Assembly: GCF_001194135.2 (NCBI RefSeq)
Contig: NC_068981.1
Location: forward strand, 177,641,684 to 177,702,274
Source of the DNA: Octopus bimaculoides
Taxonomy: Eukaryota
Direction: 5' to 3'
Length of the DNA stretch: 60,591 bases
The translations under genes and the position numbers were made by a program. The notes under the pieces were generated by a model. That model was not told where the DNA came from and did no database searches. It saw only the letters and a program-made list of their open reading frames with translations. Every line of letters starts with the position of its first letter. Position 1 is the first letter of the stretch. Shown piece after piece: positions 1 to 12,749 of this stretch.

Positions 1-34
1 ATATATATATATATATATATACACATATATACTT

Positions 35-420
35 TGGCATTGAGAGCTACACATATACTAGAACTGGGTACCACTGCATAGTGCCAAGGACTCCAAATTT
101 GCCATCAAGTTGTAGGACAAGATACTGCAATAGCCTGGGCTTCAGAGGTCCACAGCTCTTCAATATCCTCCCAAAGGACCTGAGAGACCTGCATGGGGTG
201 GATGTAGGTGTCTTCAATATAAAGCTGGACCTCTTTCTGTCAAGTGTCCCAGATGAACCATCTTCATGACAGGTGGTGCAGATGAGTGCAGCAGCATGAA
301 ACTCCCTCATGCACCAAATGTCAATTCCTAAAGAGCATTTGTGAAGTAAAATTATGTAGCAACACCAAATGGCAGTGCCCCAGTATGGCCACAGCTGGTG
401 AGCTGAAACTAGATAAAAAA
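35..420 (+). mobile_element. 3' end of a CR1/L2-superfamily LINE (end of ORF2, 3' UTR, A-rich tail)
   Basis: ORF 81-269 reads [44 protein letters not shown], resembling CR1-type ORF2 C-termini (RGP.LFN.LP...R...VD.FK.KLD.FL..VPDEP). About 150 bp of UTR follows, ending in an A-run at ~415-424. Confidence 0.7.
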
Positions 421-423
421 AAA

Positions 424-494
424 ATGTATATATATATATGTATGTATGCATGCATATATATATGTATGTATGCATGTATATGTATATATATATG

Positions 495-535
<41 letters not shown>

Positions 536-594
536 GTATGTATGTATATGTATGTACATGTATGCATGTATGTATGTATATGTATGTATCTATA
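424..594. repeat. Compound (TA)n/(TATG)n microsatellite running into an assembly gap
   Basis: Seen directly; it produces the spurious YI/MYV ORFs. Confidence 0.95.
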
Positions 595-779
595 NNNNNN
601 NNNNNNNNNNNNNNNNNNNNNNNNNNNNNNNNNNNNNNNNNNNNNNNNNNNNNNNNNNNNNNNNNNNNNNNNNNNNNNNNNNNNNNNNNNNNNNNNNNNN
701 NNNNNNNNNNNNNNNNNNNNNNNNNNNNNNNNNNNNNNNNNNNNNNNNNNNNNNNNNNNNNNNNNNNNTATATATATAT

Positions 780-2340
780 GTAGGAAAATTCTGCGTGATT
801 GAGATCTTTAATTGCACGTGCGAAACACTTTGGCCCATTATAACGGAATGGATATCATCAATGATGCGTTTAATATCCCATAGATAGGCATCCTACGCTA
901 GTTAGGCCACAAATAATAGCTATGTCCAACGATAAGAGCATCAATACACAAACTATACAAGGGCAGCAGATATTCGCTCAGAAGAAACTCAGGTTAAAAT
1001 GCGGAATGAGTGGTGCTTTATTAACATCGTTTCTTAATGAGCATATATAGCAAAATAGGTTAAGAGACCAATGAAAAGCTATACGTACGGTCAATGGATC
1101 ATCTATGACTGCCATTTCTCGAATGTCAAATGCCCTGGAGGAAATTAACTTCGGTGGGGCTTTGTTGTTTTATCTCCTTTAACCGTAAATAAACTTTATT
1201 CTCAATTTTATAACAAAATTATACTGTGCGATAAATATTTATTGGTAACTTATAATATTCATTGAGTGATTTGTGGATAAAAGTAATTAGTAATTTCTAA
1301 TGCGCAGTGAGAAAGAACAGACGAGGACGAGTAATCCACTATGAATAATATATTTTTAAAAACTTCGACTTTTCTCTTTCATTGAGACGTGGAACTTTGT
1401 GCCGAAAGCAACTATGTAGAATAACTTTCGACTTTTAATATATTATGTTTTGACAATGCTCTCCATGAATTTTCGTGGGAATGACCGTAAAATCAATTCA
1501 ATCAACTTTATGTATATTACTAGTATTTAAGAGCCAACCAACAAAGGGGTTTCTACATGGTCGCTTTACCACATTTTCCGAAAAATCACACTACATGTAA
1601 TTACGTTATACAACGGATAATGTCATCACGAATACACCGACAGAGAGAGAAAAAAAAATAGAAAAGGTAGGATATCACGACTAGAACGTCTTCGATCATA
1701 GATCTGTTTGCTGGATCAGGACTGACTAGGGGTTACACTACTACTAATAGAACTACTTATATTATTATTGATACCGTAAGGATGAAAGATGGGTCCGAAT
1801 TTCAACTGAATATGAACTCAGGTTCATAAATGTCAAATTAGTCACCGAAAGAAGTAAAACGTACAAGTGAGCATTCTATTGTCTTGCGCTTCTTTGTACT
1901 GTGATATACGATATTGATTTCTAATATAGGTACAGTGACTCATTGTAGGGGTTGACTATATCGATCCAGTAATTAACTGATACTTATTCCATTGACCTGG
2001 GAAAATGAAGAAATAAAGTTGACCCTTTTGTGTGATTCGAAGTCAGAACGTAAAGAAACAGTGAAATGATTTTTTCCCGATATTCTGCTGTTTCTATCAA
2101 TGATATACGAGAGATTCAAATATTTTTATCACCACTGATAATATTGGGAATAAAGTTTAAAGTTAAAATGCGATTAGTAGAAACTTTAAAACAAGCATGC
2201 TGAAACGTATCATTGCTTGGATCAACTTCTGATCTGTGATATATAAAAATCATGAAATTAGTTCCTTATTAATATCTACACGGATTTTTAGCGTGTTTCC
2301 GCAGTGTGAAGTACTCTCTTTAGTCTTTTACTTGTTTCAG
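780..2340. promoter_or_regulatory. CpG-retaining patch, possible unmethylated promoter region
   Basis: Hand count gives ~34 CpG in 781-1740 versus ~3 in 11221-12180. A TGCGCA motif lies at ~1301. No TSS identified. Confidence 0.35.
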
Positions 2341-3094
2341 TCTTTTGACTGTGGCCATGCTGGAGCACCTATAAACTTTCCACTGTTTTTAATTTTTTAT
2401 TTTATTTGATTCTTTATACAGACAATTCATGTTATTAAAGTAAATTATCTTTAACATACCTTTAAATTGTTACGAGAAAAAAAAATTACTAACAGAGAGT
2501 GATGTTATAGAAATAAGAATCTATACTGTGTGCATAGTCCATTTCTTGAATATGGACATGCGACAGTGATGATAAAGAAACAAAAAGGGGAGGAGGACCA
2601 GGGCAATTCACACGATCCGATTTTTCCCCCCCAAGAAAATGGATATTCTTCGCAACCACATGGTTCCGGGTTCAGTCCCACTGCATGGCACCTTGAGCCA
2701 GTGAATTTTCCAAGCCCCCCTCCCCACGCCACCACTGTTCGCCAGTGCGCATTTTTTTTCACATTCGTTTACTACATGTTGTTTTGCACCTATTACACTA
2801 TTTTTCTTTCATTCTTTTGCTCGGGTCAAACACTGGAGGTTAACCATATTTTCATCTGTCTTAGTTTCATTTCACATTAGAGTATTTAGCAACGACATTT
2901 ATCCACCAACAATATATAATTATCCTTCTATAGGCTTGATATCCAATACCATAGATCTTTTTTTTTTTTTCAACACACGGATTAAACATTTTTGTACTGT
3001 TGATCTCGACTTTGAAGACTCATATAACCGCTATCGTTTTCCCAACTCCACATTCCATCTTCATTCACAAATTCAAGTAGCCAGCTAGATTGGT

Positions 3095-3282
3095 GCACGC
3101 GCACTCACACTTACACGCGATGGTCTTCTTAGTTTAGATCTACCAAATTTACTCACAAGTATTTCGTTGGTCTGGGGTTACAATAGAAGATATTTGTCCT
3201 AGGTGCTGTGCAGTGGGTCTGAACCAGAAGTCATGTGGTTGACAAGTGCATTTCTTAACTACACAGCCATGTCTCTGCTTCA
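3095..3282 (-). mobile_element. Diverged 5' half of SINE family A
   Basis: Homologous to the tRNA-like head of the copies at 7396 and 45171. Confidence 0.7.
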
Positions 3283-4089
3283 ATCTTACCAATGCTGCCT
3301 TTAGGATCGGCTTTAAAAATTTTCCCAGTTATTTGTTTGATATTGGTATGTTAAATGTTTATAATTGGCATGATAATTTAATTTCAGATTCAATACATAT
3401 CTTCAATGTTGAAAGAATATGCCTTCACTGACATGCATCCCAAAATGCACAGCATTCTTTTGTTATGTGTATATAAAATGACCAACAAGAAAGAGAAGGA
3501 ATTGATAATCTAGTATATACTGAACCAGAAGTATATACTGAACCAGAAGTCATGTTATTTTAAAAGATTTTCCAAACTTGTTGTATGTATGTCCCAACGA
3601 TGGCCATGCACTACAACATTTTTCTTAGAATCCCACATAAATGGAGAGATAGTTGATTTCCTCTTGGGTAAGGTCAGCATCTGGAAGATCTCAGATAGGT
3701 GGGAACTAATTTTGAATTCCGCACTTCTCAGGAAATTATTTCTCTCAGCATTCACTATTTTCCTCTCGTTCTGGTCTAACGACCCTCCATGTTTATTTTC
3801 ATTCGGTTTCCTTGTATGTCTCCACTGTCCTGTTTTTGTTCCCAACTTTGACCCTCCATAAATCCTAAGTTTTATTTTAGAATTTATGGGAACAACTGCC
3901 TTTGAAGACTCATATTGTCATTGAATGCTCGAAATGAGGAGTAGACAGACAGCTGACAACTGATGAAGGGTTGTCTCTCTGTGTTTACTTGTCCTGTTTT
4001 CCATTTTTTCTCCCGTTGTTTACGTATTTAAGTTGTTTGTCTATGTATTTCATGTTGTTTATATAGTTGGTGATGTCCAGTCCCCAGCT

Positions 4090-5128
4090 TCCGCTACCTA
4101 GGTGACCAAGTCTGTAGTGGGGGTGGATGCTTAGAGAGTGTTACCACTAGAATAAGAATAGCCTGGGCAAAATTCACAACAGTTTTCCTCCCCCTACTGG
4201 TGACAAAGGGCCTCTTGCTCAGAGTGAAAGGTAGATTGTATGATGCATGTGTGCGAACTGCCATGCTTCACGGCAGTGAAACATGGGCCGTGACTGCTGA
4301 AGACATGCGTAGGCTCGAAAGAAATGAAGCTAGCATGATCCACTGGATGTGTAATGTCAGTGTGCACACACAACAGAGTGTAAGCGCCCTGAGAGAAATG
4401 TTAGGCATAAGAAGCATCAGATGTGGTGTGCAAGAGAGACGTTTGTGTTGGTATGGTCATCTACTACGGATGGATGAGGAGAGTTGTGTGAAGAAGTGCC
4501 ACTCCCAAACAGTGGAAGGAATCCAGGGTAGAGGGAGACCTAGGAAAACATGGGATGAGGTGGTGAAGCATGACTTACGAATGTTGGGCCTCACAGAGGC
4601 AATGACAAAAGACCAAGACCTCTGGAGATATGCTGTGACTGAGAAGACTCTGCAAATAAAGTGAGTTCAAAGCTGTAACCTACACCAGTGTTGCATAACC
4701 AAAAGTATCTTGGATCGTAGGGCGACATGCCGTGCTTGAGGAGACCTATTGAGTCAAGTACATCAACATCAACAACAATATCAAAATCAAATCCAATGGA
4801 AATTGTAGTTGTGAGCCCTATGCTGGTAGCACATAAAAAACACCATCTAAACGGGGTTGATGCCAGTGCCACTTTGACTGGCTTCCATGCCAGTGGCATG
4901 TAAAAAGTGCCATCCAATCATGGTCAATGCCAACACCTCTGGTCCCCGTGCCATATATATATATAATCTTGGAGTGGCATTAGGAAGGGCATCCAACTGT
5001 AGAAACTCTGCCAAATCAGATTGGAGCCTGGTGTAGCCATCTGGTTCACCAGTCCCCAGTCAAATCGTCCAACCCATGCTAGCATGGAAAGCGGACGTTA
5101 AATGATGATGATGATGATGATGATGATA
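4090..5128 (+). mobile_element. 5'-truncated RTE LINE (family 1), ORF2 C-terminus, 3' UTR and (GAT)n tail
   Basis: ORF 4200-4664 reads KGRLYDACVRTAMLHGSETW...ERRLCWYGHLLRM...GRGRPRKTW, typical of RTE. Ends GCGGACGTTAAA(TGA)n at ~5093-5128. Confidence 0.92.
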
Positions 5129-7204
5129 TATATATATAAATACATATACACACACATATATATATTATTTATTATAATATATATATTTATATATGTGTGT
5201 GTGTGTGTGTGTGCGTAATTATATATGTTATCATGTACATACATATAATTGGAGAATATTTATGGAACAAATGGAATAACTCATTAAGCTAGTGAAAGAT
5301 TAGTGAACAAGTAGCGTACTAGTGGTGGTGTTGTTTAGTCTGAAGTCAAACATGAATGAGCAAATCTATTCTCTAAGGCACTCCAACTATGACCAACCCA
5401 TCTTGTTTTCAGGAATACTCTATATAGAACTACATTAATCCATGTGTCTTTTTGTTTAAGACAATAGTTTGTGATTCGTTTGGGGAGTTGGCTGTTATGT
5501 TGAATGGCTACATAGAGTTCTCTCTCATGAGCTCAAAAGCATACTAATACTGTACTTAGATGTTAGACTGGAGGACGTGACTTTGATTACTTCCTAGTTT
5601 CATGCTCTTTTCTTTATTCCATATTGTATATAAAGTGAAATCACATACACACACATGCACAAGCTCACATGCTCTTTCTCACACACACACACTCACACAC
5701 GTACACACACGCACGCACACATGTATGAAGTTCATTCAGATATAGTGACATGTCTCTGTTTTAATATTTTGACCCCTAACTCATAGGAAGGAATAACTAA
5801 ATGTCGGGCAAGTCTGTTAAGTGAGGCTATCTTTTGCTAAACATGAGATTAAATTATTGTAATTCACAAAAGACAGGCATTATTTGTACGTTGGTTTTAT
5901 TAGCATGCCATTACTGTTAGATAGACGCTTTGTAACTGTGTATTGCATATGGTATGAAAATCATAGATGACAGCTGGTGGACAAAATGAAATAATTATTG
6001 GAAATGAAACTGCTAGAAGACATGCATAACAAAATAAATAGCAAATTTCATGATAGTAGAAAGAGGAATTAATGCGATTGTGAATATAGCATTCCATTCA
6101 GGTATTCATTTTCCTCCTTGTCATCTCGCAACTCACTGCTTTCAATTATTCACTGTTACCAAGCAGGATAGAAGAAGAAGAAGAAGAAAAAATCAATTGT
6201 TCATGACGGTGTAGTAAAAATGCTTCAAATGAAAATTCAGACAGATAACTGGAAAACACTCTGATTGATTTGTGTAGAAGAGATTTGTCAACACTGTAAA
6301 CTTTCCTGTTATGAGTTAGATACCATAGAGTTTCTTCTATTGTAAGGTCGTTGAGGGTGGATAGTCTTCTGATAATTTATGGAAGCTGGTTAAGAGAGTT
6401 AATCTAAGTGCTATATATATATTCTTAGAATAAAATAAATGAGTAGCCTTGATCTATATGTAATAATAACAGCTTCATGGAGCTAGTTGAATGCAGTGAA
6501 TCATTACTGTTTATCAATTACACTAAATTGTATAACAATATTAATTACTTTATATTTATTTAATTGAACTAGAAAGATGAAAGGCTTGTCAAGATTTCAA
6601 CTCGTTTCTGACAATGAGATTTCAAAATTAGTCTGTTTTCTCTTCAGAATATCTGTCATATTAGTTTTCAATAATATGTTATCACTTTTACTATTGCTAT
6701 TAAATTATTTCAATTGTAGTAAGAAATCAATCTTCATAATAGGCACTAAATAAATACATAAATAAACAAAAACAATAATCCAAGTCTCAGATGACGATCA
6801 TCATCATCAATACCACCTACATGGAATTGGCTTCAGCAGGAAAACCCAACTTCTTTCAACATCATTTGTTTTAGAGATCCGGCACTCCTACACTAGCAGA
6901 TACGGATAACTGAATGAGATTAATATTTAGTTTCAACATTTTAGGAAGTTAGTGGTGCGGAGCAAAGATGGCGTTCTAGAAAGATCAGGCTTTGAGAAGG
7001 AAAAATCAGGCTACGTTGAAATTGTAATTTTTCAATTCTTAGACATACAGGTTCTCTCTCCCTCTCCCTTTAGAGTTTCCCTTCAGAGGTTATGACCCCA
7101 AATTATAGTGGACCAAGATGCATTTTTATACCAAATAGAATTAATTCAAATTTTTTGTAGTATCTTACAGTGTATTTCTCAAACATTTTTTCTCTTTTAT
7201 TTTT

Positions 7205-7390
7205 TTCTCTTTTATTTGTCTTTTATTTCTTTCAGTCATTGGACTGTGGCCATGCTGGGGCACTACTTTAAAGGGTTTAGTTAGTTAAATTGTTTCCAGT
7301 ACTCATTTTAAGTTTGGTACTGATTATGTTGATCTTGTATTGAACCTCGAAGCTCTGGGCACATAAGCAAACATTGATTGTCAAACAGTC
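7205..7390 (-). mobile_element. Diverged 3' half of SINE family A, inverted relative to the adjacent full copy
   Basis: TTTCAGTCATTGGACTGTGGCCATGCTGGGGCAC matches the reverse complement of the family A tail. Confidence 0.7.
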
Positions 7391-7395
7391 AAATA

Positions 7396-7803
7396 AGCGC
7401 AAGAGTGGCTGTGTGGTAAGTAGCTTGCTTACCAACCACATAATTCCGGGTTCAGTCCCACTGCGTGGCACCTTGGACAAGTGTCTTCTTCTATAGCCTC
7501 AAGCTGACCAAAGCCTTGTGAGTGGATTTGGTAGATGGAAACTGAAAGAAGCCCGTCGTATATATGTATATATATATATGTGTGTGTGTGTGTATGTTTA
7601 TTTGTCTGCGTATGTCCCCCCAACATCACTTAACCACCAATGCTGGTGTGCTTACGTCTCCATAACTTAATGGCTCAGCAAAAAAGACCAATAGAATAAG
7701 TACTAGACTTACAAAGAATAAGTCCTAGGGTCGATTTGCTCGACTGAAGGCGATGCTCCAGCACGGCCGAAGTCAAATGACTGAAACAAGTAAAAAAGTA
7801 AAA
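7396..7803 (+). mobile_element. Full-length SINE family A (tRNA-like head, central TA/TG microsatellite, GTAAAA tail)
   Basis: Head GAGTGGCTGTGTGGTAAG...GGGTTCAGTCCC carries A/B-box-like motifs. Near-identical to the copies at 33241, 41588 and 45171. Confidence 0.92.
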
Positions 7804-8539
7804 GCATCAGTGACAAACACAAACACACACACACACACACATGCACACACACACACACACACATGCACATGCATGCGCAATGAGTTTCTGTATAGTTTTT
7901 GCCTGCCAAATTTATTCATAAAGCAGTAGGGCTGAATCCAAAACCATGTGTTGTACAAGATTAAATATATATTCTTACATAAAATTTATTAATTCTTGTT
8001 ATTCACAAAGCTGGATGAAGGATAAATAACACCCCAAAATGGTGTCCCATTGACTCAACATGACTTTGAAATACAAGTGCCAAATGTGAAATAGATTAAA
8101 AATTGTCTTCCAGGCCAGATCCCATAAGTATATTAGATATACCCTATTTTCTTTTTTTTTTTTTGGTGGTGGTGGTGGTGGTGGGGGTAATTTTATTCAT
8201 TTATCACTAAATAGTTGTAAGCAGTAAAAGCAAATTATTTATCATGACTAAGGCAACATGAAAATAATGCAAATTTTTAACATCTTTTTTTATTCATTGA
8301 GAAAAATATTTTTCTTAACCGTATGCACTATTATAAATCCAGAAAAAAAATAACTGGGAAGAGCTCTGTGGGTTTCCTTCCTTTATAAATTTCTTGTCTC
8401 TAAATAACTCTGGGTCAGAGGTAATAAAGGGAGTTTTGTCTAGTTACTTAAATTTCTCAAAATAGCAGTAAAGTTTCCCTCTAAAAGTCCCCACTACTGT
8501 TTTCAAAATGAGAATCACATGTGCTAGCATCTAGATCTT

Positions 8540-8835
8540 AATGATGATGAAGATGTGGTGGCAGTGGTGATGGTGGTAGTGATAATGATGATGATCATCA
8601 TCATGACGATGACAACAATGATGATGATGATAGTTATGGAGTGGTCGAGGTGCTGCTGCTGATACTGCTAAACATATTTTCTAAAATAAACCCTCCATGC
8701 TGCCACTGCCACCCTTCATCATCATCACTACCACCACCACCACCACCACCTCAACCACCACCACCACCACCACCATCACCACCACCTCAACCACCACCAC
8801 CATCACCACCACCACCATCATCTATAACAACAACA
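8540..8835. repeat. Trinucleotide tract: (GAT/GGT)n followed by (CCA/TCA)n
   Basis: Seen directly; source of the poly-Pro and poly-Thr pseudo-ORFs. Confidence 0.9.
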
Positions 8836-9599
8836 GTTTTCGCTTGTTTATACAGAACAACTTGATAAAAGATTGGCACTGTCCCAGATCTGCATAGGAT
8901 GGGCAGACATGTAGCAGGTTGATCCTAATGATATTCAGTAATAATTTCTCTATCTATGAAGAATGTATAAGGAATTCAAATTGCTTCACTCTTTTCTAAC
9001 ACCAAACTAGGAGCAAAATGACTGAATGAATAACATTTTAGAGAAGTTCAGTTAGGTGTACAGATTTTCCGTGATGTATTTAGGCACTTAATTCTACCTG
9101 TCTCAATTCACTTGTCATGAATAATTTAAAATCATCCTAGAATGTTATTTGAGAAGGACTAGAACTCCATCTACCAAATAATTTAACTCTTATTTTACAC
9201 CTTGTCTATATGAGATACATGGTTCAACATGGGTGCAGCCATGGCTATGTAGTTAAGAAGCTTGCTTTGCAGTTACATGATTTCAGGTTCAGTTTCACTG
9301 TAGAGAACCTTAGGCAAACATATTTCTTATTGTAGCCTTAAGCCAGCCAAAGCCTTGTGAGTGAAATGTGGCAGGTGGAAACTGTGTGGAAACCCAGGAG
9401 AGAAACTAATTTGGTTGAACTTTAGGCTTAATCCATCCTAGTTTACCACCACCTGTCTGGTTAATGAGTGGCTTAGCAGTGTGTACTCTGTTGTAAATAT
9501 TCAGCACAAATCTCTGGTTTTGAGAATAACCTCATTGTTTTCTTCAATCGGTATTGAAAATTTTACAAAAGATTTTGGTCTCTGCCATAAATAAAATAT

Positions 9600-10680
9600 G
9601 AAATCCTCAGCACTTTTCAAAAGACTTTATAAATACCATCACTGTACCATGCATTATTCTGACATTATAGTTGCAATACGTCTACTTAGAACTATGCCAA
9701 TACTATCACATCACTTAGCTTATTAACCCTATAATGAATATAGCTTTGCGTGGTGGCCTTGCCAGCAATGTTATTAGGCTACTGTGTTCCTAGTTCAACC
9801 ATTTCAGTGTAAATATCCAGAAATGCAAAATCATTGCACCCACATTATTACATGTGAGGTTATTGTAACTCCTAATGCCAAAAGAAAATATAGTGTTCTT
9901 CTTTGGATTAATCAGAATCCTGAAATTGCACAGTAATATATCTTTCTGCTATAAAGCAGTGAGCTCGCTCAAATTACATACAATGGTAATCTTTCTCTTT
10001 TGGAACAGTCAACTTCTTGAAATTATTTAAATGGTATATCGTTCATCATGGGACTATCAGTTACCTGCAATTTGGGTAGTTGACTTAATTTGGCACCTAA
10101 GTACCTTTAGTGGAGTCCATTCTGTTGCAAGCATTTGAGCCAGATTTCCAATCTAAGGATATTTTCCTGCCTTCCTTTTCCTCATCAGCCTTGAAGGTTG
10201 CCTAAAAGGTCATGGACAGTGAACCCAGTAGTTCCAGCCACTTAAGAACATTGGTGAAAGCAATGTTATTGCACTTAACATAGTCAAAGCCTTTAACTAT
10301 ATCTTGTATGAGAATTCTCTTGTTCAGTTGTTTGAGTATGGTCTTCATCAAGCTCTCATTTCTTGAATTGGAAGCTCCCTGTCAGATTGCATCATTGCAG
10401 TATGCACTGATGGAATTGTGTTTCACCCACGCTATTCATGCTGATGTACCTCAAGTTTGGTTATGCCTTTCACACTGCTTTGTTAGAAATTAGCAACCCC
10501 TAATTATTGTCATTTCAAACAAAGCATATTGCTACACTGATGAAACCATTCTTCTTTCCTCTTTAGCCATCAAAATACAGGCCATCTAGATTCAACATAA
10601 ACTCTTCTCAATATACATGTGTTACTCCATGAATAGAGATTTAAGAATATTCTTTCATGGGAGCATGACAACCCTGTCTC
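9600..10680 (+). mobile_element. Ancient CR1/Jockey-like LINE RT remnant
   Basis: Decayed RT motifs in order: GESNVIALNIVKAFN (cf. ALDISKAFD, ~10255), AIHADVPQ (cf. INAGVPQG, ~10430), YTDET (cf. YADD, ~10531). Confidence 0.55.
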
Positions 10681-12749
10681 TTTCAGCAGAACAAGGATAT
10701 ACTCATTGTATGTATGTATGCATGTATGCATGTGTATGTTGCATGTGTGTGTGCATGCATGCATGTATTGGATCACTTGTGAGGTCTTTCATGCGTGCTA
10801 CTGGTAACATGGAATCCAGTAAAATGTTACATTGGTCAGGCCGCCAATGACAAAATCAGCACTCCCACTAGGCTTTCCTGGTGAAGAGAGTTTCTGGAAA
10901 CCCAGCAGGACTAAAATCAAGACCTGTCAAAAAAAAAAAAAATTGAATCTAGTGTGGCTGAATAAAGCCCTCAGAAACTCCAGGTTGGTGATCTGTGTGA
11001 TGGAAGATGGAAGACTACTGGAAGTGAGGCAGCCCTCAACTTTTTTAAGGCATGTCTCTGGCATTTCTGCCAATGTCAATTTTGCCTTTCATCCTTTCAA
11101 GATCAATAAAATAAGTACTGGTCAAGTACTGAGGTCGATATAATTGACTTCCCCATCCCTTCAAAAACTACTGGGCCTGTGCCAAAATTTGAAACCATTA
11201 TTAATGCACACTTCACCATGGTGCTTATTTATGGCAAAGTGGACTGGCTACTTGAAAGCTAAGTAAATTAACTAAAGACACAGTATACAGTACCAGTTAT
11301 AGTTCCAAAATTTCAGATAGTTGTTTTCCCTACGGACACACAAGCATATCCAAACATACAAACTTCAGTGTTCACTCTTTTGTCTGGTATTGTAACTATT
11401 CTACCAGCTTTTACTGTATAGCATTCATTAAAATGTTTAGATAATAGGGCTTCATTGATAAATTATTATTGTTCAAGTGATATTGACTAAAGTTATGTTT
11501 AAACAAATAACATCAAAACAAAAATAAATGAGTAAACAAAAAAGTAATTAAATCTAGTTTTGAGGAATCCTTGCAAAACTATTTTAAATGAAAATTATTC
11601 AATTTTATATAATAGTTTTATTCATAGTTAAGAAACTTCCCATTTATTGAAGAGGAAAACTGGGAAATTATGAAGATTATGTCTTTCACAAATACATTAG
11701 TGAACAAGGAGAATGAAAACCAAGTTACAATGCAATTTAGCTGAGAAAACTGCCAGACCATAGCATCGACAATATTTATTGTTATGTAATTTTTGGTATA
11801 TTGTATATCCAGCATGATTCTACTTTAAGTATAAAACTTTGCTTTTGGCATTATACATACACAAAAACATAAAGTATTCCCTCTCTTCACTCAAACTATT
11901 ATCAATGTTGTCTTATTCATATTATCAATAAAACCAGTTGACAGTTATAACTGAAGTCAATACAATGTTAACTTTAGCGACTGTTACCATAGTAATGTGA
12001 GAAGATTAGACAATATATCAGTTATTGCATTCATTTAGTTGTTCTAGAACATTCAGATGTAAGTTTTCAATAATTACTACTTAAAAAGAAACTAGAGAAT
12101 AGGTGATGGTCTTCTAGGGGCAAGTTATCTGCTAGTGATTAGCATCTTGTGTAAGGATATTTAACTTGTGCTCACTTAACAGTACAGAAACTAGTGCTAA
12201 ACCCTGGCCTTATTGACCACTGGAGTTTGTGAAGAGATGAAGTATTAACTAATATAGTGGATTAGATAACAATAGCTGGTTATTTGTTTATTCCCAAACA
12301 TGTTTAAATTACTGTATTAATGATAATCCTCTGACATTCTGAATCTGTTTAATCAATGTATCTGCGTATTAAATATGAATGATTCATCTGGGAAAGCTAA
12401 TGCTGAATTTGTAGCGATTAAGGTATTGGACTAATGAAGTAAAGTATGTTTGAAAACTGAATAAATTCTATACAGTTGGAATGTAGGGGTTCAATATCTA
12501 AATGCTTATGAAATTAAACCATTAACTTTTGTTTTGTTGTTACTGTGAAATCCCAGATTATCTCTGATCAAGAAATCCTATGAAAAGCTGGTTGTGATCC
12601 ACCAATGTGCTGTTCCAGTTATACTATGCCCCTATCTAACAGAGAATCATACTGACATGCTGTAATGAATCATACAGGATGTAATGTGGCAGTCTGAACA
12701 TATTGCACCCCCTTCACTGTCCAATCCATTGTTGAGTGCCTCTAGGTTA

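Noticed and set aside
47-887. Long YI/MYV-rich ORFs (also 58123-59699)
   Set aside because: Read-throughs of TA/TG microsatellites and N-gaps.
8641-8897. Poly-proline and poly-threonine ORFs
   Set aside because: They are translations of a (CCA)n microsatellite, with no supporting splice context.
11317-11386. Open frame IVVFPTDTQAYP resembling the YrdC/Sua5 motif VAFPTDT
   Set aside because: Weak acceptor, no further YrdC motifs nearby; likely chance.
11628-11744. Exon-like frame LRNFPFIEEENWEIMKIMSF...
   Set aside because: Acceptor is plausible but there is no good donor and no recognisable homology.
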